Of a stretch of 64,000 bases of DNA, positions 48,379-58,830 are shown piece after piece; positions within the stretch are counted from its first letter, which is position 1, and the number at the start of each line of letters is the position of its first letter. The DNA comes from Terriglobales bacterium. GTDB lineage: Bacteria; Acidobacteriota; Terriglobia; Terriglobales; Acidobacteriaceae. Both the position numbers and the translations under genes were made by a program. The stretch covers positions 101,343-165,342 of the forward strand of contig JBBQWT010000004.1 in NCBI GenBank assembly GCA_038210375.1. Direction: 5' to 3'. The notes under the pieces were generated by a model. It was not told the DNA's origin. It did not search any database and saw only the letters and a program-made list of their open reading frames with translations.

Positions 48379-48790
48379 GTTTATATGAAGTGCCATTCCG
48401 TTTATATGAATTGTCATTCCGAGCGAAGCCGAGGAACCTTTTGTTTCTTTTTAAGTTGGTAGGAATGTCAGCCTGAATCAGTGGAGTCACCCTCCCTTCG
48501 AATTGGTTCTACGCGCAGCCTGCCTTTGAATCTGCCTGGCAAACCTGGAAATCTTCCCGGGTCTTACCTGAATCAAGCCCGCAGAGATGGGTGCTGTCCC
48601 CCTGGTGAGGAAATTGTTCCCTTCCGCCGCGAGAGTCAAAGGCACGCTTCGCGTAGAACCTGAGCGGCGTTTCCTCGAGTTCGGCGGCTGGGCCGGTGGC
48701 TCGGGTCTTGTCAAGGAAACAAAAGGTTCCTCGGCCGCGCTCGGAATGACAATTCACTTAAGATCCGTACTTCTATCCCGGTGGACGCAT
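48379..48790. repeat. MITE-like nested-palindrome element, copy B (345-bp core 48411-48755), inverted relative to copy A
   Basis: Terminal inverted repeats are TTGTCATTCCGAGCGAAGCCGAGGAACCTTTTGTTTC (48411-48447) and GAAACAAAAGGTTCCTCGGCCGCGCTCGGAATGACAA (48716-48752). Internal CTACGCGCAGCCTGCC / GGCACGCTTCGCGTAG. The reverse complement aligns along the whole length with 16901-17245. Confidence 0.85.
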
Positions 48791-49000
48791 AGAACCTGAC
48801 TTCCCGCGGCCCGTTTTGGCCGCCAGACTTGGACTTTGCGCTCGAGTGGACAAGTCCACAGGGGTGGCTCGCCAAGTTGTTTCAGACCTGGATTTTGCCT
48901 TGTATCAAAACCGCTTCAGCATTCATCCAATCGAGGCACACGGCAAATCGACCCGGCCTTCTCCGGCGCCGCGAAAGAAGTAAGGTAGACTTGAATCTAT

Positions 49001-50881
49001 ATGACATTTTCCCGCAAAAGCTTTGGGCTAACATTCGCACTTATCCTGGCATCATTGGCATTTTCCTCCCTCCCCGCCGCTTCGACCACCAAGACTAAAG
49101 CTCCTGCGCCGGTGATCGCTTCTCCGCGGGCGCAGGCGTCGGCCGCCTTTCTGGTTGACACCATGCAGCACGAGATGACGCGCGCCATGAAGGAGCTGGG
49201 CAAGGCTGATCCGGCGCCATACTTCATTGGCTATTCGGTCACCGAACATAACCGGACGGCGGTGGTGGGCGAAGAAGGCGCGCTGTTTACGTCGATGTCT
49301 AGCAATACCCGCGGTCTTGATGTGGTGGTGCGCGTGGGCACCCCGGCGCTGGACAACACTCACAATGAGAACCGGGTCTCGGCCGTGATGTCGTCGGTAC
49401 TACCCTTGGAAAATGACAAGGACGCGATTGCGCGTGTCCTGTGGCTCAACACCGACCGCGAATATAAGCGCGCGGCCAAGACTTATCTTGAAGTGAAGAC
49501 CAGCAGCCAGGTGCGGGCGGTAGAAGAGGATTCATCCTCTGATTTTTCCGGTGAGAAGCCCAGAGCTTACACCGGCCCGGTGGTAAAACCGCCGGAGATT
49601 GACCAGAAAAAATGGGAAGACAAGATTCGCCAGTACTCGGCGCTCTTCCGTAAGTATCCCGAAGTGTACGAGTCGATGGTGATGCTGGTCACCGACTCCA
49701 CCAATCGTTATTACGTATCCAGCGAAGGCACGAAGATCACAACGTCGCAGCCGCTGCTGCGGCTGGTGATGTTCGCTTCCACGCGGGCCGAAGACGGCAT
49801 GGACCTGCTGCGTTCCGAAACCTTCGACGCTTCCACTCCCGATCGCCTGCCCGGGGATGACGTGGTCATCGCCAAGATCGAAAAGATGGGCCTTGACCTC
49901 AAAAACCTGCGCAAAGCGCCGCTGGTGGAGCCCTTCAGCGGACCGGCGTTGCTGAGCGGCAGGGCATCCGCGGTGTTCTTTCACGAAGTGCTGGGCCACC
50001 GGCTGGAAGGGCAGAGGCAGCGCGGCGATGACGAAGGCCAGACCTTCACCAAGAAGGTCAACCAGCCCATTCTTCCCAAATTTCTCACCGTGGTCGATGA
50101 TCCCACGATGAAGACCCTCAACGGCACCGAGCTAAGCGGGTATTACCAATACGATGACGAAGGCGTCACCGGTGACCGCACGGTGCTGATCAAGGATGGG
50201 GTGCTGAAGGAATTTCTGATGTCGCGCATGCCGGTAAAAAACTTTTCCCATTCCAACGGGCACGGCCGCGCGCAGGATGGCTTGATGCCGGTGGGCCGCC
50301 AGGGCAACCTGATCGTCAGCTCCAGCAAAACCACGCACGACGCCGACATGCGGGCGCAGCTCATCGCCGAAGTGAAACGCCAGGGCCAGCCCTACGGGTT
50401 GTATTTCGAAGACATAGCCGGCGGCTTCACTCTCACTACCCGCTCCCTGCCGCAGGCTTTCCAGATTTTGCCGCTGATGGTCTATCGCGTCTATCCCGAT
50501 GGGCGTCCCGATGAACTGGTGCGCGGCGTGGACATCATTGGCACCCCGTTGGCCTCGTTGACCCGCATCATCCTCACTGGCGATAAGACCGAGGTATTCA
50601 ACGGCCAGTGCGGCGCCGAGTCGGGGACGATTCCCGTGGCCGCCGCCGCGCCCGCTGTCCTGTTTTCGGAAATTGAGGTGCAGAAAAAGGCGCAGGCCCA
50701 CCAGCGGCCGCCCATCCTGCCGCCACCCGCATTTGAAAACCTCGATGCGCAACTGCATCAGGAACGCAAGGGCAACATGGAGCGCGCGGCTTTGAACATG
50801 ATTGGCCTCACCAGGCCGCAAGGCGGAGATCTTCTCACCCGGCCGAATGTCCCCGCCGGGGATTCGGAAGGTGCGCGATGA
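49001..50881 (+). CDS. TldD-like metallopeptidase with signal peptide
   Basis: N-terminal signal (FGLTFALILASLAFSSLPAAS). HEVLGHRLEG metal-binding motif. C-terminal GQCGAESG-type region. Confidence 0.8.
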   Translation: MTFSRKSFGLTFALILASLAFSSLPAASTTKTKAPAPVIASPRAQASAAFLVDTMQHEMTRAMKELGKADPAPYFIGYSVTEHNRTAVVGEEGALFTSMSSNTRGLDVVVRVGTPALDNTHNENRVSAVMSSVLPLENDKDAIARVLWLNTDREYKRAAKTYLEVKTSSQVRAVEEDSSSDFSGEKPRAYTGPVVKPPEIDQKKWEDKIRQYSALFRKYPEVYESMVMLVTDSTNRYYVSSEGTKITTSQPLLRLVMFASTRAEDGMDLLRSETFDASTPDRLPGDDVVIAKIEKMGLDLKNLRKAPLVEPFSGPALLSGRASAVFFHEVLGHRLEGQRQRGDDEGQTFTKKVNQPILPKFLTVVDDPTMKTLNGTELSGYYQYDDEGVTGDRTVLIKDGVLKEFLMSRMPVKNFSHSNGHGRAQDGLMPVGRQGNLIVSSSKTTHDADMRAQLIAEVKRQGQPYGLYFEDIAGGFTLTTRSLPQAFQILPLMVYRVYPDGRPDELVRGVDIIGTPLASLTRIILTGDKTEVFNGQCGAESGTIPVAAAAPAVLFSEIEVQKKAQAHQRPPILPPPAFENLDAQLHQERKGNMERAALNMIGLTRPQGGDLLTRPNVPAGDSEGAR

Positions 50882-52596
50882 GGACCTTCACAACACCGTC
50901 CACCAGATTCCTGAAGCTGGGCGCATGCTTCATGCTGGCTGCGGTTGCTGCCTGTCTACCCCGGGCAAATGCGGCGCCAGCCGCCGATTCTACGAAGGTG
51001 GATAAGACCATCGCTCGCGAAAACGATCCGGTGCTGACTGCGATGGGCGCGGAGCTCAAGCGGTCGCAATCGAAGCTACGGCTGCAGGAGATGCAGCGTC
51101 CTTACTACATCGAGTACACCGTAACCGAGCTCGACGAGGTCACTTCCACCGCCGCTTTCGGCGCCTTGCGCGGCCAGCAGCGGCAGAACGGCCGCCTGGT
51201 GCGAGTGGTCGTCCGCATCGGCGACTACAAGCATGACAGCTACTTTGGCACCGGTGAAGGCGTGCTGGAATCGATGCCCATCGATGGCGACCAGCTGGCG
51301 CTGCGCCACCAGCTTTGGCTGGCCACTGATCGCGCCTACAAAGCCGCGCTGGAAGCGCTGAGCGAAAAAGAAGCGGAGCTGAAGCAGTTGATGGTGGAAA
51401 CCCCGGTGGACGATTTTTCCAAAGAAGCGCCGATTGAATCCATCAAGCCGCTGGTAAAGATCGAAGGCGACCCCGGTACCTGGAGCGAAACCTTGCGCGC
51501 CACCTCTGACCTGTTCCGCAAAGACCATCAAATCGATTCGTCAGAGGCCTATCTCGATTTCCGCGCCACCAACCGCTACCTGGTGAATTCCGAGGGCAGC
51601 GTCACCCGGCACGGCAACGCGGTCTATACCATGGTGTTTACCGCCAGCACCCAGGCGGCCGACGGCATGGAACTGGAACGCGGCCACGGGTATTCCGTCC
51701 CCAAGCTTTCCGAACTGCCCTCGGCCAGCACTGTGACCGCGGACGCCGAAAAAATTCTGGCGTCGCTCAAAGACCTGCGCAACGCACCCATGGTTGAGGA
51801 TTCCTATAGCGGTCCAGTGTTATTTTCCGCCGACGCCGCCAACTCGGTCTTCACCCGCCTGGTTGCCGGTAATATCGCCGGGCGCCGGCCCGCGTTGGGC
51901 AATCCCGCGCGCACCGCCGGCGAATTCGCCGCGCACTTCAAAGGCCGGGTGCTGCCTGAATTCCTCACCGTGGTCGATGACCCATCGGCACAGACCTTTG
52001 ACCATAAAACTTTGATGGGCGCCTATGACGTGGATGACGAAGGCGTGAAGGCGCAGCCCCTGACCGTGATTGAGAAGGGCAAGCTGGTGAGTTACCTGAC
52101 CAGCCGCCAGCCCATCCGCGATTTTCCCAAATCAAACGGCCGCGGCCGCACCGCCCTGGGCGGCAGCCCGCAGCCCGGCATTTCCAACCTCTTCATCAAG
52201 TCTTCGCAGAAGATGAGTTTCGCCGAGCTTAAGAAAAAGATGCTGGATATGTGCAAAGATCAGGGAATCCCCTACGGTTATTACGTCCAGACCACCGCGT
52301 CAGACCTTTCGCCGCGGCTGCTGTACAGAATCTACGTCAACGATGGCCACCAGGAACTGGTGCGGGGCGCGCAGTTTGGCCAGCTCGATACCCGCGCCCT
52401 GCGCAGCGATCTGATCGCGGCGGGCGATGAGTATGAAATGGAAAACCGCAGCGAGCCGGTGCCGCGCTCGATCATCTCTCCTCCCATCCTTTTTGGAGAG
52501 CTGGAGATCAAGCGCGCCAACCGTCCCCGCGAAAAGCTACCCCAATACGCCCCGCCGGAGACGGTCAACGCGCCGGTAAAGGTAGCGCGACGCTAA
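50878..52596 (+). CDS. PmbA/TldE-like partner protein with signal peptide, lacking the HExxxH motif
   Basis: ATGA overlap with the upstream gene. Signal LKLGACFMLAAVAACLPRANA. It is colinear with the upstream paralogue, but the metal-site position reads FTRLVAGNIAGRR. Confidence 0.75.
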   Translation: MRTFTTPSTRFLKLGACFMLAAVAACLPRANAAPAADSTKVDKTIARENDPVLTAMGAELKRSQSKLRLQEMQRPYYIEYTVTELDEVTSTAAFGALRGQQRQNGRLVRVVVRIGDYKHDSYFGTGEGVLESMPIDGDQLALRHQLWLATDRAYKAALEALSEKEAELKQLMVETPVDDFSKEAPIESIKPLVKIEGDPGTWSETLRATSDLFRKDHQIDSSEAYLDFRATNRYLVNSEGSVTRHGNAVYTMVFTASTQAADGMELERGHGYSVPKLSELPSASTVTADAEKILASLKDLRNAPMVEDSYSGPVLFSADAANSVFTRLVAGNIAGRRPALGNPARTAGEFAAHFKGRVLPEFLTVVDDPSAQTFDHKTLMGAYDVDDEGVKAQPLTVIEKGKLVSYLTSRQPIRDFPKSNGRGRTALGGSPQPGISNLFIKSSQKMSFAELKKKMLDMCKDQGIPYGYYVQTTASDLSPRLLYRIYVNDGHQELVRGAQFGQLDTRALRSDLIAAGDEYEMENRSEPVPRSIISPPILFGELEIKRANRPREKLPQYAPPETVNAPVKVARR

Positions 52597-52641
52597 GCGA
52601 GAACCCGGCGCCGCCACAATCTTTTATAATCACTGCATTGT

Positions 52642-52718
52642 GCGCCCGTAGCTCAGCTGGATAGAGCGGCAGCCTCCGAAGCTGTAGGTCGGGAGTTCGA
52701 ATCCCCCCGGGCGCACCA
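52642..52718 (+). tRNA. tRNA-Arg (anticodon CCG), CCA encoded
   Basis: Folded by hand. Acceptor GCGCCCG/CGGGCGC, D arm GCTC-AGCTGGATA-GAGC, anticodon arm GCAGC-CTCCGAA-GCTGT and T arm GGGAG-TTCGAAT-CCCCC (one A:C mismatch). Discriminator A followed by CCA. Confidence 0.9.
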
Positions 52719-52767
52719 AAACTTTAGAATCAGCAACTTAAATTTATAGGGTTGGGCAGTTGACCCA

Positions 52768-53502
52768 ATGCTTACTGATTTTGATGCATTTGTAAAAGAG
52801 CGCAGATATTTACACAACGTGTCCGAGGCAACAATCAAGTGGTCTTACCTTTCACTTCGTGCCTGGGAGCGTTTCGGGTCTGATGCACCAGACTTCGTAA
52901 TCAATGCAAGGAAGTCTGGGGTCTCTGCGATAACAGTAAATTCTTATGGCAGAGCATTGAACTCCTACTTTAGATGGAGTGGAAATACAACCAGAATCCC
53001 CCGCCTAAAAGAAGAACAAAAGGTTCTACCTACTTTTAATTCCTCGCAAATTTCTCTTCTTCTTTCCTTTTAAGCCGAAGTCCTGCAATTCCTACACTAA
53101 GAGACGGACTCACGCGCTGATTCTTCTTCTTCTTGATACGGGTCTTAGGATTGTGATGAGGCTCTCAGTATCAGAAGGGGTGAAACCGACTACGACAATC
53201 TTCTCGTCAAAGTGAAAGGGAAGGGCGGTCGGGAGCGAATCATTCCCATCAGCTTTCAATTGCGAAAAAACCTCTGGAAGTATGAACAGGAATTTAGGGA
53301 TTTTCTTTTTTCTACTAGACATCGGAATAAGTTAATGCACCGGAATGTTCTAAGGGACGTAAAGAGTCTCTGTCGCTCTTTGGGGTTTGAACCTCCCCGG
53401 CGAACGCTTCACGCCTTCAGGCATACCTTCGCTTTGAATCACGTCAAACGGGGGTTCAGTGTTTCAACTCAATTTCTTGACACAAAGAACTTTGCTTTAT
53501 AA
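52768..53502 (+). pseudogene. Tyrosine recombinase (phage-type integrase) remnant with frameshifts and a 3' truncation
   Basis: Frame 1 (52768-53073) encodes an N-terminal SAM-like domain. From 53072 the +1 frame reads KPKSCNSYTKRRTHALILLLLDTGLRI (box I Arg). A third frame reads DEALSIRRGETDYDNLLVKVKGKGGRERIIPIS...HAFRHTFALNHV (box II HxxR) and stops at 53500-53502. No LGH...Y catalytic Tyr region remains. Confidence 0.85.
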
Positions 53503-53548
53503 AGTTACTCTGCGACTGTGTGGAGTCTTTGGCCGCGCGGAGGTTCTG

Positions 53549-54796
53549 ATGGAGGCACCGATGAAACGGCAGCGGCTGGCCCACCGGATATTCAAAGGTA
53601 TTGCTGGATTGGGGATATTGGGTGTCCTTGGAGTCGTGGCGTTGCTGATATCGCTGCGGGTAGAGCACGGGACCGAGATCACACTGCCCACACCCTCAGG
53701 ACCATTCGCTGTGGGCCGCACACTTTTGGAGTGGAAAGACGATAAGTCCCTGGACGCTCTGGCGCCCTTGGCGGGAACTAGGCGCGAAGTCCTTGTCTGG
53801 ATATGGTACCCGGCATTGGCACAAGGAACTGTGATTGATGACTACCTGCCCGCCCCGCTGCTAGCTGCTGACCAAGGCCAAAGTGGGGCGCTTCTTACTC
53901 TCCTGACGCGAGATCCGTCGAAAGTTCTTGCCCACAGTCTTAGGAACGCCGGCGTGCTACCTCAGCAGCAACCGTACCCCGTGGTCATCATGCGAGCCGG
54001 GGCCTCCCTCGAAGTTGTGAACTATTCGGCGCTCGCCGAGAACCTGGCCAGTCACGGATATGTAGTCGTGGGCATCGACGCGCCTTACCGCACCAGGACC
54101 GTCGCTTTCTCCGACGGCCGGGTGCTGAGACGGACGCCGGAGAATGATGCAGAACGTTGTTTCGAGAGAGCGGGCCCAGAGCAGGCCCCTTGTGTTACCA
54201 AGCAGCTCAATGCGTGGACCGCCGATATTGGGTTCGTACTTGATCGATTAGAGCAGCTCAACATCTCGGACCCGTCCGGCAAGTTCATCGGACGGCTCGA
54301 TATGTCACGGGTGGGAGTATTCGGTCATTCCTTTGGCGGGGCGCAAGCCGCGCAATTCTGCTCCCGTGATTCCAGGTGCAAGGCGGGGATCGATGTGGAC
54401 GGTTCACTGCACGGCAGCGTCATTCAGGCGGGCATCCACACGCCGTTCATGTTTCTGCTGAGCGGCAACGGAGATTTTTCGTCCCGCGCCGAAGTCGACC
54501 AGATCATGGCCGACATCCGCGCGGTTTATGATCGAATGCCGATGGAGTCAAGGTTGTTCGTCCAGATCCGCGGCGCGAACCATTTCACCTTCAGCGACGA
54601 CGGCGCCCTTTTGAAGAGCCAGCTCCTGCGGAGAGTGCTTCGTGTGTTCGGTGTGCTTGGTATCGATGGACGTCGTCAGCTCGCCGTTACGTCGTACTGC
54701 ATCCACACCTTCTTCGACGCGTACCTCAAGGGAGCGGGCGCCTCGCGGCCGAAGATTTCGTCCCCGCTTTACCCTGAGATTCGGGTACTCGAATGA
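53549..54796 (+). CDS. Alpha/beta hydrolase, PAF-acetylhydrolase/lipase-like, with N-terminal TM or signal anchor
   Basis: Nucleophile elbow VFGHSFGGAQAA followed by DVDGSLHG. Starts are possible at 53549 or 53561 (GGAGG 5 nt upstream of the latter). The track ORF is extended to 53459. Confidence 0.7.
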   Translation: MEAPMKRQRLAHRIFKGIAGLGILGVLGVVALLISLRVEHGTEITLPTPSGPFAVGRTLLEWKDDKSLDALAPLAGTRREVLVWIWYPALAQGTVIDDYLPAPLLAADQGQSGALLTLLTRDPSKVLAHSLRNAGVLPQQQPYPVVIMRAGASLEVVNYSALAENLASHGYVVVGIDAPYRTRTVAFSDGRVLRRTPENDAERCFERAGPEQAPCVTKQLNAWTADIGFVLDRLEQLNISDPSGKFIGRLDMSRVGVFGHSFGGAQAAQFCSRDSRCKAGIDVDGSLHGSVIQAGIHTPFMFLLSGNGDFSSRAEVDQIMADIRAVYDRMPMESRLFVQIRGANHFTFSDDGALLKSQLLRRVLRVFGVLGIDGRRQLAVTSYCIHTFFDAYLKGAGASRPKISSPLYPEIRVLE

Positions 54797-54958
54797 GTAC
54801 TTCTTTCATCAATTTCCGAACCCTGCCACCCGCACTTGCCCCAGTGCAGCTTTTCCTGATCTGTAATGACGATGTTAAGAAGTTTCTGTGCTGCATTACA
54901 ATACCTGCTTTGCAGGACAAATCAAGCACATCGGCTCGGCACGGGACGGAGGATCGCA

Positions 54959-55996
54959 ATGAGATTTCGGCAGACTTGTAATCGAAGCCTGGGGCTGCGC
55001 CTGGCGGGATCAATAATGGCAATTGTTATTCCCATTCTTTCCGGGTTCGCGGGTTCGGCCACAGCAGCCGATAAATCAACTGCGCAGGATTTGCTGCAGA
55101 TGGCGAATGCGGCGTCGCAGGCCGAGGACTACCGGAAGGCGGTAAAACTTTTCAAAGAAGCCAACAAGCAGCAGAACAACCGGTGCTTTGATTGCTTTAT
55201 TGGCGAAGCAATCGCCGACAGCCATCTTGAAGAAGATGGAGCCGCGGATGGGAGCGTGGTTAAGGCCTTGAACGTGGCGGCCAACGCCCAGCAGCGCTCC
55301 CTGGGTCACCGCGTCAGAGGCCAGATCCTCACCATGTTTTCCCAGGGTGACGCGAAGAAGCTGCACAGCGCTGAGGAGGAATATCGCAAAGCCCTGGTGG
55401 ACAATCCCGCGGACGGGCAGTCGCATTACGATTTGGGTCTGGCGCTGCTGCGGGAGAAAAAGGATGACGAGGGCCGGGCGGAATTGCGCAGCAGCCTTAC
55501 CCTTTCTCCGAACTTACCCAATGCCGATCAGGCCAGGAAGTTGATTGCCGACCCGCAACGCGCTCGGCAGCGAATGGCCCCTGATTTTGAAATTACCTCC
55601 CTCCAAGGCGAGACTCTCTCCTTGCAAGGTCTGGCCGGCAAGGTGGTGGTGCTTGATTTCTGGGCGACATGGTGTCCGCCGTGTCGCGCATCGGTCGGTG
55701 ATCTCCGCAACGTGGCCAGAAAATATCCCCGCGAGCAACTGGTGCTGATCAGCGTCAGCGGCGACGATAAGGAAGAAACCTGGAAGGAATTCGTCGCCAG
55801 CAAGAAGATGGACTGGCCGCAATACCGCGACGCCGACAATAAAATCCGGCAAACCTTCGGTGTCCACGCCTTTCCCACCTACATGGTGATCGATGGCAGC
55901 GGCGTCATTCAGAACGTGATCGTGGGGGAAGACCCGCAACAGTCGATCGTCCACCAGTTGAAGATGACCTTGGCCGCGATGAAGAACATCAATTAA
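54959..55996 (+). CDS. Secreted TPR-repeat plus TlpA/ResA-like thioredoxin-fold thiol:disulfide oxidoreductase
   Basis: GGAGGA lies 5 nt upstream of the ATG at 54959. Signal anchor MAIVIPILSGFAGSATA. TPR-like N-terminal half. WATWCPPC active site in the C-terminal half. Confidence 0.8.
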   Translation: MRFRQTCNRSLGLRLAGSIMAIVIPILSGFAGSATAADKSTAQDLLQMANAASQAEDYRKAVKLFKEANKQQNNRCFDCFIGEAIADSHLEEDGAADGSVVKALNVAANAQQRSLGHRVRGQILTMFSQGDAKKLHSAEEEYRKALVDNPADGQSHYDLGLALLREKKDDEGRAELRSSLTLSPNLPNADQARKLIADPQRARQRMAPDFEITSLQGETLSLQGLAGKVVVLDFWATWCPPCRASVGDLRNVARKYPREQLVLISVSGDDKEETWKEFVASKKMDWPQYRDADNKIRQTFGVHAFPTYMVIDGSGVIQNVIVGEDPQQSIVHQLKMTLAAMKNIN

Positions 55997-56298
55997 GGCG
56001 CTAACCAGACCTGGCTGGTTTCTTCCTCGTCATGAATTTGGCCGCGAAGTTGATACCGGGAGACCTATGCGATTCGCAGGTCGATGAAACTGCCGTGGGA
56101 ACTCTGTTTAGGAGTTTTGTTCAATTGGTGCTCAACCGAGGCAATAGCGCCGCATAATTCCCGGCAAGGCGCTACATTCAGGGTTTACCTGCCGGATGCG
56201 TCGATTCACTCCAGACCAAAATGGGTTGATGGAAGATAAGGCAAACATCGCCGAAGGAGTGGCAGGTTCGGAAGCTGATACTGTACCCCAACAACCTG

Positions 56299-58698
56299 CT
56301 AATGCGGCAGGCCGACCCGCTGTAACAGTTTCGCAAACCTCGGATCGGACCGCAGGCCGTCCAATTCCGGCAGAACTTTCCAGTACACGCACTCCAAGAC
56401 CCGATCGTCGATCGCCCGATTCAGTTCGGCAAAAGCTTGATCCTTTTTTCCCAAAGCAATATAAATAATCGCCATGTCATACGGGGGTACATAGGCTCGC
56501 CGCGACAGTCCGGTCAGGTCTTCGAGCGCTTGCTGAGCCTCTTTTGTCTTTCCGGTCACGGCATAACCATAACCCAGCCCGCCCAGGGTATCAGCGAAGT
56601 TAGGCTCCAGTTGCCGCACTTTTTGAAACTCGACAAGAGCATCTGCTCTCAAGCCTTTAGCTTCGTATTCCCATGCCAGGCCCCAATGCGCGATCCAGAA
56701 ATCAGGCGCTAGCTCTACGGTCCTCCGCAGCTGCTCGACGGCCTCATCCTGATGTCGCGCCATGAGAAAAGAAGTGCCGATATAGACATTATTTTCTGCG
56801 GTGATTGGATCCAGCAACTGGGCGCGCTTGCTTTCCACAATACCTTCATCAGTGCGTTCCATAGCTACCAGGTACCACCCGTAAAGCGCATGGGCCATTG
56901 CGAAATTAGGCTTTAGTTCAATAGCTCGCTTGAATTCTTTTTCAGCCCCCGTCCAGTCCCAGTCGTACCACCACAACACCCACCCCAGGGCGAGGTGGGC
57001 CTCGGCGAGTTTGTCGTCGAGCTGCAGCGCCTTGATGGCCGCTGCCTTGGCCTGGGGCATTGAAGCTTTGGGAGAAAGCAGCCACTCGTTCGCCCCAATG
57101 TAGTAATAGGCCAGCCCTTCGTAAGGCAATGCGTAATTGGGATCGAGATCCAGCGCTTTCTGCAGATCCTCCCGTCCCCTGGAAAGACCTTCAACGGTGT
57201 CTTTGCTGATGTAGTACTTTCCCTGCAAATAAAGTTGATAGGCTGCAGGGTTTTCGGTGTAGCGGCGTCCGAGCCTTTGGCGCTCTTCAGAAGTCAACCG
57301 GAGCTTCAGTTTGTCGGAAATTTCTCGGGCAATGTCACCCTGCAGCGTGAGCACGTCAGCCCCTCTGCGGTTGAATTGCTCGCCCCACAGCTCGGACCCG
57401 TCGGCCACCTTGATGAGGTCGGCTTGCAACACCATGGTGTCTCCCACGCTGGTGAGCTTGCCGGTGACGATGGCATCCACATTCAATTCTTTACCAACCT
57501 TTTGTGCTTCTCCTTCGCGCCCCTTGAACTTCGCCACCATGGTGGAGGCCAGAACCCGGGTTCGGGGAAGTTCCGAAAGACTGCTGATGACCTCGGTTGT
57601 GATTCCATCGCTCAAATACTCGCGGTTAGGATCGCCGCTGGCATTGACGAACGGCAACACCGCGAGGGCGTTGATTTCACCGCTCGCATCCCGGCGCCCG
57701 CCTTTGAACATCAGGATTACCGCTATCAGGGCCATGGCCCCCACCCCGCTGGCGGCGAACATCCATTTCATCCAGCGAGGCCTGTTCCTGGTCACGAGGG
57801 CGGCTGGCATCGTGCTATTGGAGTCTAAGTCACGCTTCACTCGCTTCAGGTCTGTCTTCAGGTCGGCTGCGGACTGGTAGCGGATTTCGCGGTCCTTTTC
57901 CAGTAACTTGTTGATGATGTCTTCGAGCCGCGGAGAGATTTGCGGATTGAAGCGGATGGCCGGCGCTGGCGCCCGGTTGAGTACTGCATCAAAGATGGTT
58001 CCCGAAGTTTCGCCGCGAAACGCCATCGTGCCTGTCGCCATCTCATAAAGCACTGCGCCGAACGAGAACAGGTCGCTGCGGGCATCGAGGGGGTTGCCCC
58101 TGACCTGTTCGGGAGACATGTAAGCCATGGTGCCGAGAGTGGTATTGGCGCCCGTGAGCTGCTGCTCCATGGCCGGCGCTATGGTCACTGTGGCCGAGGA
58201 CGCTTGAAGCTGTGGCGAAAGCTTAGCCAGACCGAAGTCAAGTACCTTAGCCTCGCCGCGTGAGGTCACAAATATATTGGCGGGCTTGATGTCGCGATGA
58301 ATAATGCCTTTGCCATGGGCGGCATCGAGTGCGTCGGCAATCTGGATGGCCAGATCGAGCATGTCGGCGAGGGGCAGGGCCTGGCCGGCGATGCGGTCGC
58401 CCAGGGTTTCGCCCTCCAGGAGCTCCATGGCGATGAAGGGCTGACCATCGATCTCATTAATCTCGTGGATGGTGCAGATGCGCGGGTGGTTAAGGGCGGA
58501 GGCCGCGCGAGCCTCCCGCTGGAACCGTTCCATGGCCTGGGGATCCCCGGCCAGGTTCGCGGAGAGAAATTTCAGGGCGACGCGCCGGCCCAGCTTGAGG
58601 TCTTCGGCCTCGTATAACACCCCCATGCCGCCGCCACCCAGTTTTCGGAGGATCCGATAGTGTCCAAGAGTTTCTCCGGGTTGGGCGGGGTGAGTCAC
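56299..58698 (-). CDS. Ser/Thr protein kinase with TM helix and extracytoplasmic TPR-repeat domain
   Basis: Kinase motifs [25 protein letters not shown] and DFGLA. TM helix [21 protein letters not shown]-terminal TPR repeats (...[13 protein letters not shown]..., ...[16 protein letters not shown]...). Confidence 0.9.
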   Translation of the reverse strand: MTHPAQPGETLGHYRILRKLGGGGMGVLYEAEDLKLGRRVALKFLSANLAGDPQAMERFQREARAASALNHPRICTIHEINEIDGQPFIAMELLEGETLGDRIAGQALPLADMLDLAIQIADALDAAHGKGIIHRDIKPANIFVTSRGEAKVLDFGLAKLSPQLQASSATVTIAPAMEQQLTGANTTLGTMAYMSPEQVRGNPLDARSDLFSFGAVLYEMATGTMAFRGETSGTIFDAVLNRAPAPAIRFNPQISPRLEDIINKLLEKDREIRYQSAADLKTDLKRVKRDLDSNSTMPAALVTRNRPRWMKWMFAASGVGAMALIAVILMFKGGRRDASGEINALAVLPFVNASGDPNREYLSDGITTEVISSLSELPRTRVLASTMVAKFKGREGEAQKVGKELNVDAIVTGKLTSVGDTMVLQADLIKVADGSELWGEQFNRRGADVLTLQGDIAREISDKLKLRLTSEERQRLGRRYTENPAAYQLYLQGKYYISKDTVEGLSRGREDLQKALDLDPNYALPYEGLAYYYIGANEWLLSPKASMPQAKAAAIKALQLDDKLAEAHLALGWVLWWYDWDWTGAEKEFKRAIELKPNFAMAHALYGWYLVAMERTDEGIVESKRAQLLDPITAENNVYIGTSFLMARHQDEAVEQLRRTVELAPDFWIAHWGLAWEYEAKGLRADALVEFQKVRQLEPNFADTLGGLGYGYAVTGKTKEAQQALEDLTGLSRRAYVPPYDMAIIYIALGKKDQAFAELNRAIDDRVLECVYWKVLPELDGLRSDPRFAKLLQRVGLPH

Positions 58699-58830
58699 CT
58701 AGCGAAAATGTTAGGCTGACTTCGCCGGGAGGTCAACAAACCTCGGGCCGCCTGTCGATTCAGGCTGGTAGTCCCGTTCGAAATCCGAGGGAGTGGGTAA
58801 CCCATTTGACTGTCGCCTTATCTTACGCAA

